Positions 34,492 to 44,950 of a stretch of 51,349 nucleotides of DNA are shown one piece after another. The DNA lies in assembly GCA_036384855.1 (NCBI GenBank), contig DASVLN010000277.1, positions 1-51,349 on the forward strand. Reading direction: 5' to 3'. Numbering within the stretch: the stretch's first letter is position 1; every line of letters begins with the position of its first letter. Both the position numbers and the translations under genes were made by a program. Source of the DNA: Burkholderiaceae bacterium (GTDB taxonomy: Bacteria; Pseudomonadota; Gammaproteobacteria; Burkholderiales; Burkholderiaceae_C). Below the pieces are notes generated by a model. It saw only the letters and a program-made list of their open reading frames with translations. It did not search any database and was not told where the DNA came from.

Positions 34492-34868
34492 GTGTGCAGC
34501 AGAAAGACTTCCTTGCGCAGGCGCAGGCGGGTGGAGATCTCCTCGATGCTGTCGGGGAAGAGGCCGGTCACGACCGTCCGATTGTCCGGCTGCGGACACG
34601 CCGAGACGCAGAGCATCATCTCGTCGAGCAGCGGTTCCGCGTCGGCCCACTTCAGCTTGCCGAGGGCCCGGATGCCGACGACGGCAATGCCAGCCATGCC
34701 GGAGGTTGCGACGTCCTCGGGAAGGTCGACGCCGGCGTTTGCCAGCGCCAGGAAGGCCCGGATCGCCCAGCGCTCGGCCTGCGCTGCTGGCATCTCGGTC
34801 AGCTTGAAGACCTTACCCTTGTCGCGCCCCTCGGCGTCGATGGTGACGAATGCTTCGCGGCGAGCCAT
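34452..34868 (-). CDS. Tail assembly chaperone (gpG-like)
   Basis: GRDKGKVFKLTEMPA.QAE.WA.RA..., IEEISTRLRLRKEVF.LH; between tube and tape measure. Confidence 0.8.
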   Translation of the reverse strand: MARREAFVTIDAEGRDKGKVFKLTEMPAAQAERWAIRAFLALANAGVDLPEDVATSGMAGIAVVGIRALGKLKWADAEPLLDEMMLCVSACPQPDNRTVVTGLFPDSIEEISTRLRLRKEVFLLHTGFSLPAAPSTSA

Positions 34869-35305
34869 CAGATCCCCGCCGGCGTGACCGATTCCCAGAC
34901 GATGGTGTACGCCCGCGGCTGCATGGTCTTGGCGGCGTTCGGCATCATCGGCGCCCGGGTCAGGACACCCTTGGTCAGCGTGATCGCCGTCTTCAGCGAA
35001 GGCAGCACGATCGAGCCGTTCGCGAAGTAGACCTCGCGCTGCTGCTTCTGCTGCGCGATCCACGTATCGAAGAGCTGATTGCTGTCGCTGTCCGCCTGGA
35101 GGTGCACGTTCCAGGGGGTCTCCATGAGCACGAGGCCCGCCGAGAGCTTGCCGTCGACGCCCATCGACGTCTGGGCCTGCTCGATGGCCTCGGTGTCGTA
35201 GATCGCGTCCGCAGCGAAGCCTTGGAGCTGCACGGGGGAGGGCACGAGGTCGGCGATCGAGATCGTGATGATCGAGTTCGCCGCGGTGAGGGTCTTGTTT
35301 GCCAT
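34868..35305 (-). CDS. Tail tube protein (DUF3277-like)
   Basis: TLTAANS, LQGFAAD, MGVDGKLSAG, LQADSDS. Confidence 0.8.
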   Translation of the reverse strand: MANKTLTAANSIITISIADLVPSPVQLQGFAADAIYDTEAIEQAQTSMGVDGKLSAGLVLMETPWNVHLQADSDSNQLFDTWIAQQKQQREVYFANGSIVLPSLKTAITLTKGVLTRAPMMPNAAKTMQPRAYTIVWESVTPAGI

Positions 35306-35341
35306 GTGGGTTCCTCGTAGAAGTCGTGGTGGCGCGGCCGC

Positions 35342-36844
35342 TTACTGCACGGCGATCGACGACAGCGACAGCTTGTTGACCGAGTCGCCGTCCATGTACC
35401 AGAGGGTGATCGGCGGCGACGAGCGGGCCGCGCGCGTGGTGCCCGACGCGTCGTTGACCTGCAGATACCAGCCGCGGGTGGACAGCACTTGGTCGATCTG
35501 GGTGCCGGCCTGGTTGTTCACCTCGGCGATCTGCTGGGCGGTGAGCGTCACGCCCGCGCGGATCGCGCCGAAGTTCAGGGCCGCGTTGATCGGATCCATG
35601 CAGGCAGCGCGGATCAACGCGTAGCCGGCCTGGTTGTAGGGGATGCTCTTGACGATGGTCAGGAGCGTCAGGAGCGCGAGCTGCAGCGCGTTGTTCAGCC
35701 AGATCTCGCAGACCAGCGAGTCGAGCCACGACCAGGTGCCGGTGACGCTGCCCGGGTAGAAGTACTCGAAGCCCTGGTTCGCGGTCGCGACGGCGCCGTA
35801 GAAGTTGTAGCCGTTCGCCTGCAGGTTCGCGGCGACCGTGTCGCTGGTGACGTCGGCCGGCAGGCCGTCCTGCGAGCGGTAGGCGAAGTTCGGGCGGCCG
35901 TTCGTGCGCGTGAAGTCGATCGAGGCGATCGAGCCGCAGATGAACGCGGCCTTGTCCCAGGTCGGGCCGTAGATCGGACAGGTGGCTTCGGAGTTGGCGG
36001 CCACGAGGATCGCGCCCAAGCTCGCGGCGGCGCTGGTCGACTCGGTCGGCGTGACGTCGTCGTCCCAGGCGACGTAGATGAACCGCTTGTTCTGGCTGTT
36101 GACCCAGGCGGCGAATGCCTGCTTCACCGTGTTGCCGCTGCCGCCGTCGGGGTCGAAGGCGGTCATGAAGGTGGCCCAGTTCTGGGTAGCGCGCTTGATG
36201 CCGTCCATGAACGTGCCCGGCACCGCGGCGGCCGCGCCCGGCGAGGTCACGGCGCCCGTGGCGGTCGTCAGCGCCAGGCCGGCGGCCAGGGATCCGGTCG
36301 CGACCGAGACGCTCGACGAGGCGCCGGTCGTGTTGCTCGTGAAGACGAAGGCCGCCGACACGCTGTCGAAGGACACCGTGAAGCCAGGCGACGTGAAGGC
36401 CGCCTGGATGATGGTCGCGGCATTGCTGAAGCTCGTCGCCGCGCTGAGATCGATGTTGGACGAGGTGTGCGGCGTGCCATCGACCGTCAGCGTCAGGACA
36501 CCGCTCAGCGCCTGCAGCTCGGAGAGGATCGGCGTCTGCGACGTACCGCCGCGCATCCAACCGGCCACCGCCGAGGCGTTGTACTGCGTGAAGAGGATCG
36601 AGCCGGGCTTGACGTCCGAGTTGTCGAAGCCGTTGAAGTAGATCGCGGCGACCTGCGCCTCCACCGAGGAATCGCCGAAGTAGGCGGCGACGCCGTCGGC
36701 GGACGCGAACGACAGGACGGCGCCCAGCGGCGCGCGCGTGCTCTCGGTGAGCACTACGCCGTTGAGGACGAGCGCGTTGCCTCCCGCCTTGATCACGCTG
36801 GGCGTGACCTCGACGAAATACGCGGCGGGGATGGAAGCGGTCAT
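35342..36844 (-). CDS. Tail sheath protein (DUF3383)
   Basis: IPA...VTPSVI.AGG, YFG..S.E, QNWATF, NGYNFYG, IPYNQAG, WYMDG. Confidence 0.9.
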   Translation of the reverse strand: MTASIPAAYFVEVTPSVIKAGGNALVLNGVVLTESTRAPLGAVLSFASADGVAAYFGDSSVEAQVAAIYFNGFDNSDVKPGSILFTQYNASAVAGWMRGGTSQTPILSELQALSGVLTLTVDGTPHTSSNIDLSAATSFSNAATIIQAAFTSPGFTVSFDSVSAAFVFTSNTTGASSSVSVATGSLAAGLALTTATGAVTSPGAAAAVPGTFMDGIKRATQNWATFMTAFDPDGGSGNTVKQAFAAWVNSQNKRFIYVAWDDDVTPTESTSAAASLGAILVAANSEATCPIYGPTWDKAAFICGSIASIDFTRTNGRPNFAYRSQDGLPADVTSDTVAANLQANGYNFYGAVATANQGFEYFYPGSVTGTWSWLDSLVCEIWLNNALQLALLTLLTIVKSIPYNQAGYALIRAACMDPINAALNFGAIRAGVTLTAQQIAEVNNQAGTQIDQVLSTRGWYLQVNDASGTTRAARSSPPITLWYMDGDSVNKLSLSSIAVQ

Positions 36845-36932
36845 GGATGGCTCCGGGTTGCGTGAAATGCAAAGAGGCCGCGCGCGGCGGGCTCTCGGTG
36901 GCGGCGCGGGGCCGCGCGGTGGAGGTGGAACG

Positions 36933-37490
36933 TCAGGCCGGCGGGAACTCGCGGTCGACGTTGATCAGGCCGACCTCGAGCGAGGCCGCGAAGTCCTGTC
37001 CGGTCGTGATGACCGGGTTGCACTGCATGACGAGGTCGACCTGCCAGCACTGCTCGACCTGCTGCTCGCCGTTGAGGAACGGCGCCTGGCGCGGGTCGGA
37101 GGCGTAGAGCGGCGCGATCGCAAGGCCGCTGATGGCCAGGCCGTCGACTCCGGCATCGCTGCGCCAGAGCGCCTCTACGATCGTCGCGTTGTCGTAGCTG
37201 CTGGGGCCGTGGAAGTCGAGCTGCACGGTGACCTGCTGGGGAACCGTGTCCTGGCGCTGGCCTGCGCCGGCGACGGGATCCGTCAGCCGCCCGTCGGCGT
37301 AGGTCGTCCGGTTGGTGGACAGCCGGTGCTTGAAGAAGGCGGTCTGGACGACGAAGTCTCCCGCCATCGGCTCGGGGACGCGGTTGCTCTGGCCGACGAT
37401 CACATCGACGCCCGCGGGCAGGATCGCCAGCAGGAACGAGCGCAGCGCGGCGAGCGTCAGCTCCTCGGTGATGTCGACGGTCGCGCTCAT
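36933..37490 (-). CDS. Neck/tail terminator protein
   Basis: GQSNRVPEP, VQLDFHGP, PLYASDPRQ.PF.NGEQQ.E..W. Confidence 0.75.
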   Translation of the reverse strand: MSATVDITEELTLAALRSFLLAILPAGVDVIVGQSNRVPEPMAGDFVVQTAFFKHRLSTNRTTYADGRLTDPVAGAGQRQDTVPQQVTVQLDFHGPSSYDNATIVEALWRSDAGVDGLAISGLAIAPLYASDPRQAPFLNGEQQVEQCWQVDLVMQCNPVITTGQDFAASLEVGLINVDREFPPA

Positions 37491-37870
37491 TGGCCGTTCT
37501 GGAGTACCGCGGCGACCTTGGCCCAGCCGGCGGTCTGGAAGAAGTTTTCGAGGACGTGCACGACGAGCCAGACGGTGCCGTCGTCCAGCGTCAGCATGTC
37601 GCCGCCGCGGCCGGCCGGGCGCGACACGCCACGCCAGTCGCCTTCGACGTAGATCGCGCAGGCCTCGCCGTTGAGGTTGACGCCCTGGAGCTGCTGCAGA
37701 TCCTTGTAGGTCAGGGCCTGCTTTTGCACGAGGACGGACACCGAATCGGCGTATGTCGGCGTGCGGCGGCCGGACGGCGCAGACGCGCTGCCCGTCGACG
37801 CGCTGTACTGCGCCTGCACCTTCGGGTTCACGGCGCCGATGACGCCGCCGACGAGCGCGCTGAGGTTCAT
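37487..37870 (-). CDS. Head-closure / head-tail protein
   Basis: MNL...GAVNP, STG, QAL..DL, GV.R..GRGGD, WLV..VLE. Confidence 0.7.
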   Translation of the reverse strand: MNLSALVGGVIGAVNPKVQAQYSASTGSASAPSGRRTPTYADSVSVLVQKQALTYKDLQQLQGVNLNGEACAIYVEGDWRGVSRPAGRGGDMLTLDDGTVWLVVHVLENFFQTAGWAKVAAVLQNGQ

Positions 37871-37874
37871 GGGG

Positions 37875-38420
37875 TCACTCCGCCTCGCCGACCAGGTGCG
37901 TCAGCGAGGAGATCATCAGGCCCGTGTCGTGCAGCGGGTCGGTGCGGGTGCTGCCGGCCTCACCGCGCGCCACGCGGGCCGCGGCTTCGGCGACCGCGCG
38001 GCGGTTCATGACCAGGCTCGGGTCGTCGTCGCGCATCTTGCGCAGCATCAGCGTCACAGGCGACAGCGGCGCGAAGCTCGCCGTGCCCAGCGTGTGGGCG
38101 ATGTCGCCGGCAGCCTGCAGGCCGACGCCGTCCAGTACCTGTTCGGCGCTCGCGCGGCCCTTGACGACGGCGCGCATGCCGTCGGCCATCACCTTGACCC
38201 AGGCGCCCTTCCGATCGGCGATGGTCGGCCGGATGAACGGACGCGCTTGGATGCCGCCCGCGGAGTAGCCGTTCTCCTGGATCGCGGCGACGTACGCGAC
38301 GGGCGTGCCGTCCTTGTACTGCGCCGCGGGGAACCAGCCGACCTTCGCGACCCGTTCAGCGAACCCCTCGGGGATCGCCTCCAGGCGCGCGCGGATCTTG
38401 TCGAAGTTGAGGCCCTTCAC
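37875..38420 (-). CDS. Neck / tail-completion protein
   Basis: KVGWF...YKDGTPVAYVAAIQENG...I.ARPFIRPTI, PLHDTGLM; GTG start. Confidence 0.75.
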   Translation of the reverse strand: MKGLNFDKIRARLEAIPEGFAERVAKVGWFPAAQYKDGTPVAYVAAIQENGYSAGGIQARPFIRPTIADRKGAWVKVMADGMRAVVKGRASAEQVLDGVGLQAAGDIAHTLGTASFAPLSPVTLMLRKMRDDDPSLVMNRRAVAEAAARVARGEAGSTRTDPLHDTGLMISSLTHLVGEAE

Positions 38421-38845
38421 CAGACGCCCCCGGCCTTCCTGTACGACGAGCGCTCGGGCGAGCCGCCGATCAGGAAGCCTCCCGCGGCGCGCATGCTCAG
38501 GAGCGCCCACAACTGCAGGCCGTACGGCGTGCTCGCGAGCCAGAACTGCCAGCCGCTGGTCGTGGGCGGCGGCTGCATCTGGACGCTGACGCTGCCCTGC
38601 GTCGCGCCGTTGATCGGCGCCACGGACGTCTGGCCAGCCTGCAGCATCGCCGCCGACTGCGCCAGGTGGGCCGTGAGCAGGCTCAGGGCCCGGTCCATCA
38701 CCGCACCGCGCAGGATGCAGGTGTCGTTCTCGCCGAGGAAGGCCGTCGCGTCCTGGAAGTAGACGGCGAGCTGGTCGGCCGGCACCTGCGCCAGGGCCGG
38801 GAACGACTTGCAGAACGCGTCCTGGTCGAAGGTGTGAGCGGCCAT
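38417..38845 (-). CDS. DUF4054 head-tail adaptor
   Basis: FD...F...FP, LLTAHL, ATQGSVSV, W..TPYG..LW. Confidence 0.85.
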   Translation of the reverse strand: MAAHTFDQDAFCKSFPALAQVPADQLAVYFQDATAFLGENDTCILRGAVMDRALSLLTAHLAQSAAMLQAGQTSVAPINGATQGSVSVQMQPPPTTSGWQFWLASTPYGLQLWALLSMRAAGGFLIGGSPERSSYRKAGGVW

Positions 38846-38854
38846 GGGCTGCCC

Positions 38855-39235
38855 TTACATGTTCTTCGCGGCGGGCTTGGCGTCGTCGTCGCCGGCGTTG
38901 GCGTAGTCGGCGGGCGTCTTCGGCGCCGAGGGATCGGCGCGGTTCATGTCGGCGGCGACCTTCTCCGCGTCGACGTCCTTGCGCTCCACGCGCATGTGGC
39001 CGTTCTTGACGTGCAGCTTGAACACCTCGTTCTTCTGGAGAACCTCGAGGTCGCTGTCGTCGATCTCGGTGCGGACGCCGCTCGGGGTCACGATGCGGTC
39101 GTTGGCGACGCCCGAGCCGCCCCTGATGAAGACGACGCGCTCGACGTTCGCGATGGCGCCCTTCTCGACAGGCGGCAGCCAGGCCGTGTAGTGCATGTCG
39201 GAGGTGAGCGTGGAATAGATGTAGACCTTGGCCAT
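38855..39235 (-). CDS. Phage structural-region hypothetical protein
   Basis: YIYSTL, IRGGSGVAN, TPSGV.T, F..H..NG, DPSAP.TP.D. Confidence 0.7.
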   Translation of the reverse strand: MAKVYIYSTLTSDMHYTAWLPPVEKGAIANVERVVFIRGGSGVANDRIVTPSGVRTEIDDSDLEVLQKNEVFKLHVKNGHMRVERKDVDAEKVAADMNRADPSAPKTPADYANAGDDDAKPAAKNM

Positions 39236-39252
39236 GTAGCCTCTCCAAATGG

Positions 39253-39283
39253 GAAGGCCCCGCGGGGCTGCCGCGGGGCCTTC
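39253..39283 (-). terminator. Hairpin downstream of the capsid gene
   Basis: 13-bp inverted repeat GAAGGCCCCGCGG/CCGCGGGGCCTTC; weak U tract. Confidence 0.55.
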
Positions 39284-39325
39284 AGTTGTGACGCGGCGGT
39301 GTGCCGCGGACAGTTCAGCGATGCG

Positions 39326-40459
39326 TCAGATGCCCGAGCCGCGCACGATCGCGTAGGGGCGCTTGACCATGACGCCGGCCGTGGCGTTCGAGTAGTCCTC
39401 GACGTAGGCCTTCGAGCGCTTCTCGACGCCCAGCACCATGAACTTCGCCGGCACGATCTGCTCGATGACGCGCGAGTTGTCCGAGGCGCCGTCGTCCACC
39501 GACTCCGCGTACAGGTAGAACACGTTCGCGCCGCCGTTGGCGCCGTTGAGCTGCGGCGCCGACTCGATGCGCATCTTCGGGTAGTTCTCCGCCACCCACT
39601 TGCGCACCGACATGCCGAAGTCGGTCGCCGTGGTCACGGCCTGCGCCACCGCGGTCGGCAGCGCCAGGGTCGTGGCATCGGTCAGCGGGTTGACGGTGTC
39701 CTGCGACTGGGTCTGCAGCTTCGTCGCCGCCTGGCGGATGTCGGCGGTGATTTCGAGGAACGTCTTGCTCGCCCAGGTCGGCGACCCGCCGGTACCGTTG
39801 GGCACCGTGTAGTACGCCGGCAGGCTCGGGTCGTTCAGGAAGCCGTAGGTGCGGTTGTTGCCCGAGTTGTAGCCGAAGAACCCGACCAGGTTCCGCTGGA
39901 TCTCGAGGGCGGTCGCCGAGCTGTTGCGCTTCTCGGCCGCCGTGTTGAGGCGGATCCGCGCGGCGCGGCGCTCTTCGAGGACGCCGACCTGCATGCCCTT
40001 CTCGAATCGCACGACGGTGCGGCGCTCGAAGTTCGTGTTCCAGCTGGAGAGCGGCACGTTCGTCAGGTCGCCGTACGGGACGGCGGTGCCGACGGGCTCG
40101 AGCACGCCCTGGACGACTTCTTCGTCTTCCCAGTCACCGATCGTCGTCATGCCGATCAGCGAGTCGATCTTGCGCGCCGCCGTGATGGTGCGCACGAAGC
40201 CCGGCAGCCACGTCTGCAGGAACTGGACCGGCGTGGTGATGGAGGCCGCGGTCAGCAGACCCTGGGCGTCGTCCATCGCGAATTCGTCGAGGGCGATCTC
40301 GGCCATGCGGTCGATCTTCCCGCGGGGCAGGCCGATGCCTACAGCAGACAGCGCCAGGTAGTTGGCGACGTCCGACGCCTTCATCTCCAGCCGGCGCGGC
40401 ATGCCGTCAGGCAGTTGGAAGCTGCGCGGCGAGAGATAGCCGTGCTCTTGGGACTTCAT
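39326..40459 (-). CDS. Major capsid protein (DUF2184)
   Basis: AMD, TPVQFLQTWLPG, GDWED, YGD, GFLNDP, TAGVMVKRP. Confidence 0.9.
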   Translation of the reverse strand: MKSQEHGYLSPRSFQLPDGMPRRLEMKASDVANYLALSAVGIGLPRGKIDRMAEIALDEFAMDDAQGLLTAASITTPVQFLQTWLPGFVRTITAARKIDSLIGMTTIGDWEDEEVVQGVLEPVGTAVPYGDLTNVPLSSWNTNFERRTVVRFEKGMQVGVLEERRAARIRLNTAAEKRNSSATALEIQRNLVGFFGYNSGNNRTYGFLNDPSLPAYYTVPNGTGGSPTWASKTFLEITADIRQAATKLQTQSQDTVNPLTDATTLALPTAVAQAVTTATDFGMSVRKWVAENYPKMRIESAPQLNGANGGANVFYLYAESVDDGASDNSRVIEQIVPAKFMVLGVEKRSKAYVEDYSNATAGVMVKRPYAIVRGSGI

Positions 40460-40475
40460 GGTGTTGATCCTCCGA

Positions 40476-40991
40476 TCAGTTGGTCAGGCGGATCGACACG
40501 AGGCCGGCCGCGGCGTTGACGACTTCCTCGACGAAGCAGTTCGGCACGTAGGCGTTGCCCGCGCCGGCCGCAGCGCCGGGAGCGACCGCGGCGAGGGCGC
40601 CGGTGGTCGTGTTGTAGATGACTTGGTCACCCATGTTGGCGGCCGTCGTCAGCGCGACGACCAGGCCATTGCCCATCAGGACGAAGTCGCCTTCGCTGTT
40701 GTCGGGCAGCGTGAGCGTCGGCGACAGCGGCCCCGACGAGCCGCCGGAGCTCGAGTACTCCTTCGGATTGGCCAGGATGCCGGCGAAGATCGACGTGCCG
40801 TTGGTGATGGCACCGCCGACGGACGCGACGCCCGTGCCGTTGGCCGCCGTGTAGGCGTAGCCGATGACGTTCGGATTGGCGCCACCCGAGTTGATCGGGC
40901 GACGCACGACACGGCGCGGGCCGTCCTTGTTGAACTCGCCCGGAACGCCGAAGGCGTAGGTGATGTTGACGGTGGACTGGAAAGCGGTCAT
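40476..40991 (-). CDS. Capsid decoration/cement protein
   Basis: FQSTVN...GVPGE..DGPRR, FAGILANPK; between protease and capsid genes. Confidence 0.7.
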   Translation of the reverse strand: MTAFQSTVNITYAFGVPGEFNKDGPRRVVRRPINSGGANPNVIGYAYTAANGTGVASVGGAITNGTSIFAGILANPKEYSSSGGSSGPLSPTLTLPDNSEGDFVLMGNGLVVALTTAANMGDQVIYNTTTGALAAVAPGAAAGAGNAYVPNCFVEEVVNAAAGLVSIRLTN

Positions 40992-40994
40992 CGC

Positions 40995-42557
40995 TTACTC
41001 CCCCTGCAGGAATCGGGTGACGAAGTCGCCGCCGCCGGAGCTGGAGTCCATGGCGACGGCGGTGGTGGCCTTCTTGGCCGACGGCGCGACCGCGGCGGCG
41101 AGGTAGCCGCTCAGCACCGCCGCCTCCTGGCCGGCGGCCGCCTTGATGCCCAGCTTCTTGACGCCGTACGCGGCGACTTCGGCCTCGGTCATCTCGGAGT
41201 GGTCGAAGGTGCCGATGTGGGCGGACAGCTCTCGGGCGAGCTTGTCGCGGCGCACGACCTGACCCATGACCGAGCGGAAGACGGCGGCCTCGTCCATCGC
41301 GGCGCTGCCCTTGTCGTCGTCGTCCTTCGGGGGCGGCGTGCCGGAGTCGTCGTCCTTGGCGGCGACGGTCTTGGCCTCGTCCTTCTTCTCCTCCTCGGTC
41401 TTGCCCGGATCGGCGTCGACCGCGGCGGCCGTGGTGGTGGCCGCGCCCGGATTCGCATGCTCCATGAGCATCTTGATCGCGGGCATGACCTGCTTGAACG
41501 CGTCGAGCGCAGCTTCCAGCGTCATGCCGGAGCCGCCCTCGTCCTTCTTCTCGTCAGCCATGGATGGCTCCTTTTCAGAGGTGGTGGGTTGATCGATCGA
41601 GTCCAGGACGGCGACGTCCGGGCCCATGCGGCCGCTCTTGACGAGCGCCAGGTGGTTGCCGCGAATCCGCCGCTGGATTGCGTCGTACGGCTGGCCCTTG
41701 AACACGCCGGGCGTCCAGTCGTACTTGCAGCGGTAGCCGCAGGACAACTCCCGCTTCCCGGCCTCGATCAGGGTGGCCATGGATTGGGAGAAGAGCTTCA
41801 CGTTCCCGCGCAGGACGCCGTCGTCCGTGTCCGGGTCGAAATAGACGTCCTCGCCGACGACGCCCTGCACGCCCTTGCGCTCGGCCGGCATCAAGCCGGC
41901 CTCTTCGGGGCCCAGCATCACGTGGTTGTCGATCCACGGCAGCAGGCGGAAGCTCGCGATGGCTTCGGGGTCGGAGAGCTCCTCGGCGGGTCGCAGAATC
42001 TGGAACAGGCGATCGGGCTCGTCGGGCTTGCCGACCTGCCGGCCGCGGTAGGGGAAGACGCCGACCTTCGACAGCGGGTTGCCCTTGATCTCGAACCAGC
42101 CGTTCGTGTCGAAGTCGCGCGCGGACTCGTCCATGGCGACGTCGTCGGGCTCGGCTGGCTCCTCGGGCGCCGGCGCCGCGGCGGCCAGCGCCAGGGCGAT
42201 CTGGTCGGCCACCATCGGATGCAGCGGCGTCGGCAGATCGTCCGGGCTCGCCCAGCAGTAGCCGAGGTGCTCGTCGTTCAGCACCGGTGCGAAGGCAGGC
42301 TCGGTGCACAGGAACAGCGCGAAGCCGTCGCGCTCCTCGAGCGGCGCGACGACGTCCGGACGATGTCCCGTCTCTTCCATCGACTCGCGTGCGGCCGCCT
42401 CCAGGCTGCCCTCGCCCTCCTCGATGCCGCCGGCGGGGAAGCCCCAGGTGAGCGGGTGCGCATCGGTCGAAGCGGAGCGCTTGAGCAGCAGCACACGGCC
42501 GTCGGCCACGTAGGCGATGCCGGCGGCGGTGGGCGTGATCTTCGATTCTTCGGTCAT
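40995..42557 (-). CDS. DUF2213 prohead protease/scaffold with N-terminal Nudix domain
   Basis: Nudix box GGIEEGEGSLEAAARESMEETG; NPLSKVGVFPY, RELSCGY, NHLALV..GR.G. Confidence 0.88.
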   Translation of the reverse strand: MTEESKITPTAAGIAYVADGRVLLLKRSASTDAHPLTWGFPAGGIEEGEGSLEAAARESMEETGHRPDVVAPLEERDGFALFLCTEPAFAPVLNDEHLGYCWASPDDLPTPLHPMVADQIALALAAAAPAPEEPAEPDDVAMDESARDFDTNGWFEIKGNPLSKVGVFPYRGRQVGKPDEPDRLFQILRPAEELSDPEAIASFRLLPWIDNHVMLGPEEAGLMPAERKGVQGVVGEDVYFDPDTDDGVLRGNVKLFSQSMATLIEAGKRELSCGYRCKYDWTPGVFKGQPYDAIQRRIRGNHLALVKSGRMGPDVAVLDSIDQPTTSEKEPSMADEKKDEGGSGMTLEAALDAFKQVMPAIKMLMEHANPGAATTTAAAVDADPGKTEEEKKDEAKTVAAKDDDSGTPPPKDDDDKGSAAMDEAAVFRSVMGQVVRRDKLARELSAHIGTFDHSEMTEAEVAAYGVKKLGIKAAAGQEAAVLSGYLAAAVAPSAKKATTAVAMDSSSGGGDFVTRFLQGE

Positions 42558-42618
42558 GGCGTCGCCAATGCAAAAGGCCCGCGCGCGGCGGGCCTTGCTG
42601 GTGGTGTCGTCGGAGAGG

Positions 42619-43467
42619 TCAGTCGGCGTGGAAGCGGACGATCGGCCGCATCTTGCAGCGGCAGCCGATGGCGTCACCCGGCTTGCCGCGCTGACCCGTG
42701 CGCTTGTCGATGACGGGCGGATCCTTGAGGCTGTAGACGCTCCCGCTCATCTCGATGTGGTCGATGCGCGGCTCCTTCGAGCCAGCGGTGTGCACCCATT
42801 CGTACTCGGGGCAGTCGATGTCCAGCATCCGCTGGGCCGTGATGCCGCTGTACGCCTTGCGCGTCTGATCCATCGCGACCAGGCGCGCGTGGCGGACGTT
42901 CTGCCTGTAGGCCTTCTCCAGGAACGGCGTCAGATCCTTGAGGCCCTGCCCGGTGGTGATGGACCGCATCACGGCTCCCTGCACCTTCGTGAGGTAGGTC
43001 GTCGGAATGACCTTGATCAGGCCCACCGCCTCGGTCGTGCTCGCGTTGATGATGTCCAGCAGCGCCGGCGACATCGCCTTGGCGTTGAGCTGCACGGACT
43101 GGCTGATCTCCCGCAGCGACATGCCCAGTGTCACCGCGCTGTTCTGGATCGTGCGATCCATCATGCGCTTCGTCGCCTTCTTGGCGAGCCGGTTGAACAT
43201 CGGCTCGTACTTGTCCATCAGCGCGTTGAGCTGGATCCGCGCTTGGCTGCTGATGTTCGAGAAGCCGGCGATCGCGCCCTCGCGCGGCGCGGCGTCGGCC
43301 GCGTCATGGGCGGCGTCGGCGAAGACCCGGGCGACCGTCTTCTTCGTCTCGTCGGCCAGCCGCCGGATCATGGCCAGGATCGCCACCTCGAAGTCGCGCT
43401 GGATCGCCGCGTTGGGGCTCAGCACGCCCCCGCGCAGCGGCTCATTCGGCCGCGGGATCGTCGCCAT
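42619..43467 (-). CDS. Head morphogenesis protein (Mu gpF / SPP1 gp7-like)
   Basis: [28 protein letters not shown]. Confidence 0.88.
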   Translation of the reverse strand: MATIPRPNEPLRGGVLSPNAAIQRDFEVAILAMIRRLADETKKTVARVFADAAHDAADAAPREGAIAGFSNISSQARIQLNALMDKYEPMFNRLAKKATKRMMDRTIQNSAVTLGMSLREISQSVQLNAKAMSPALLDIINASTTEAVGLIKVIPTTYLTKVQGAVMRSITTGQGLKDLTPFLEKAYRQNVRHARLVAMDQTRKAYSGITAQRMLDIDCPEYEWVHTAGSKEPRIDHIEMSGSVYSLKDPPVIDKRTGQRGKPGDAIGCRCKMRPIVRFHAD

Positions 43468-44947
43468 CGTCGTCCTCGAGGTCGTCGTCCGGCGCCGGAG
43501 CGGTCAGGTCGACACCCGCGTACCCGCTCGCCGGATCAAGCGCGATGCGCTGGCGCTCTTCCTCGCTGCCGATCGCGCCGGAGCTGACCAGCGCCTGGCC
43601 GGTCTGCGCCTTCTTGAGGTTGAGCTCGGCCTGTTCGCCGGCCGTCGGGCTGTCGACCGGACGCCACTCGACCGTCGTCTCGATGTCTTTCATCGCGGCG
43701 AGCTTCGGCACGACCTCGGAGCGCATGACCAGCAGGTGGTGGCGCTCGACCAGCGGCGTCAGGTCGTGGGCCTGGATGCTCTCCAGCTCCTCGTGGTAGC
43801 TGGCCTCCTCGAACTCGCCCGTGGCGTTGAAGCCCTTCGGCGAGGTGCCGAGCAGCTTCGTCGCGGGCACGTTCGCGGCCGCGGCGACGATCTGGTACTG
43901 CGTCATGATGACGCTGTCCAGGTCGGCGAGCGACGTGTCGAACTGGGTGAACTCGTCGCCTTCCTTGTCCCCGAGCTTGATCGCGTAGTTGTCGCGGAAG
44001 CGGGCCCACGTGCTCATGCGCTCGACGCCTTCGTCGCCCAGCGCCGCGAACTGCGACATGTCCGTGCGCCACACCGTGGTGCGTTTCGTCTGCGCGAGTT
44101 GCGGCGCCTCGTTGGCGGTGCGCTCGGCGCCGTAGACGCGCTCCATGATCCGCTGGGGCACCGGCACACCGCCGTACAGGTACTGCGGCTTCAGCAGGTC
44201 GGGCACCTCGCTGTTGCGGAAGATCACGAGGTGCGAGCGGTGGTAGCGCTGGCCGTTGATCTGCCACCAGGTGGGCTCGTAGAAGTGCGCCGTGTCCGGC
44301 CGCGAGGACGCCGCCTGATCGAGCATCGGCGCCGTCCAGTACGGGTCGACCTGGACGATGCCCTTGTACGAGTCGGGCGTGACGCCGTCCGGGTTGAACG
44401 GCTTCTCGTAGTACTCGGTGTCGGTGCTCTCGACCTTGAACAGCGCGATGCGGATGCCGAAGATCCGACCCTTGCGCACGAACTCCTCGAGCTGGGCGTT
44501 CAGCTTCACCCGGCGGTCGGCCGCCTTCAGGATCTTGATCGCCTCGGGCGGGATCTCGTCGCCGGACGCGCTCACGATGTCGAAGCCCTGGCGGATCGCG
44601 TCGCGCCCGGGCATGCCGCAGGCCTTGTCGATGAGCCAGTGCTGCGCCAGGATCGCGGCGAGCTGATGGCCGATGAACGTCTGCGACGCGTACCAGGCGG
44701 CCAGCACTTCCGGAATGTTCTGCGCGGTCGCGGCCAGCTTGAGCGCGATCCCGTCGCCGTTGCCGTCATCGTCCATGGCGCCCTCGGGCCGGAACTTCGG
44801 CAAGCCGCGTTGCAGAGCGTCAAGATAATCCGCCACGCGAAGCGCGCCGCCGCGGCGCTCTGCCGCGTGAGTGCTCCAGAACGAGCCGGGCTCGCGCGCG
44901 GGCGCCGGCGGCGCGGCAACAGGCTTTCGGCGCAACCAGGAGAACAT
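43442..44947 (-). CDS. Portal protein (DUF1073)
   Basis: [36 protein letters not shown]; follows terL. Confidence 0.88.
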   Translation of the reverse strand: MFSWLRRKPVAAPPAPAREPGSFWSTHAAERRGGALRVADYLDALQRGLPKFRPEGAMDDDGNGDGIALKLAATAQNIPEVLAAWYASQTFIGHQLAAILAQHWLIDKACGMPGRDAIRQGFDIVSASGDEIPPEAIKILKAADRRVKLNAQLEEFVRKGRIFGIRIALFKVESTDTEYYEKPFNPDGVTPDSYKGIVQVDPYWTAPMLDQAASSRPDTAHFYEPTWWQINGQRYHRSHLVIFRNSEVPDLLKPQYLYGGVPVPQRIMERVYGAERTANEAPQLAQTKRTTVWRTDMSQFAALGDEGVERMSTWARFRDNYAIKLGDKEGDEFTQFDTSLADLDSVIMTQYQIVAAAANVPATKLLGTSPKGFNATGEFEEASYHEELESIQAHDLTPLVERHHLLVMRSEVVPKLAAMKDIETTVEWRPVDSPTAGEQAELNLKKAQTGQALVSSGAIGSEEERQRIALDPASGYAGVDLTAPAPDDDLEDDDGDDPAAE

Positions 44948-44950
44948 AGG

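Noticed and set aside
43442-44947. DUF1073 protein as an anti-CBASS Acb1 enzyme
   Set aside because: Size and position after terL indicate the portal; no appended HxT phosphoesterase domain seen
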